This document shows positions 63,854 through 64,000 of a DNA stretch of 64,000 bases, one piece after another. Both the position numbers and the translations under genes were made by a program. The stretch comes from Octopus vulgaris (lineage: Eukaryota). The notes under the pieces were generated by a model. The model was given only the letters and a program-made list of their open reading frames with translations, was not told the DNA's origin and did no database searches. Location of the stretch: the NCBI GenBank assembly GCA_951406725.2, contig OX597832.1:4774001-4838000 (forward strand), read 5' to 3'. Numbering within the stretch: position 1 is the first letter of the stretch; the number at the start of each line of letters is the position of its first letter.

Positions 63854-64000
63854 CTTGTTGCAGCCATGCTGGGTCACCGCCTTGAAGTATCTTTAGTCGA
63901 ATGAATCGTCCCCAGAACCTTTTTTTAAAGTCTGGTACTTATTTTATCGGCGGCTTTTACCGAACCACTAACTTACGGGGACAAGCACACCTACACCAGT
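63852..64000 (-). mobile_element. 3' end of SINE family B, running off the window
   Basis: GCAGCCATGCTGG..GGTACTTATTTTATCGG..AACTTACGGGGAC. Confidence 0.85.

Overview
AT-rich, microsatellite-saturated animal DNA made almost entirely of transposon relics. The SINE, RTE and MITE families resemble those I recognise from octopus (coleoid cephalopod) genomes; the organism call is inference. No host gene is securely identifiable: there are only a few weak short-exon candidates, and most long ORFs in the track are translated (TA/CA)n repeats. Recognisable elements are 5'-truncated or decayed LINEs (CR1/L2-like, RTE with a PHD-type finger, R4-like and HERO-like), two abundant tRNA-derived SINE families, a DD37D mariner relic, a hAT relic, a non-autonomous Helitron and MITEs. 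The main discovery is a set of hammerhead-ribozyme (HHR) motifs from several unrelated repeat units. These are an essentially intact type I HHR in both arms of a perfect 211-bp inverted repeat (39283-39333 - and 41576-41626 +), a dimer-type minimal HHR (44785-44855), an HHR in a 355-nt partial tandem unit (45895-45943), a head-to-head HHR foldback (52960-53133), and a decayed non-circularly permuted HHR in a HERO-like LINE 3' UTR (11387-11445). Together they suggest a diverse Penelope-like/retrozyme system. All folds were assigned by eye and no activity is shown.
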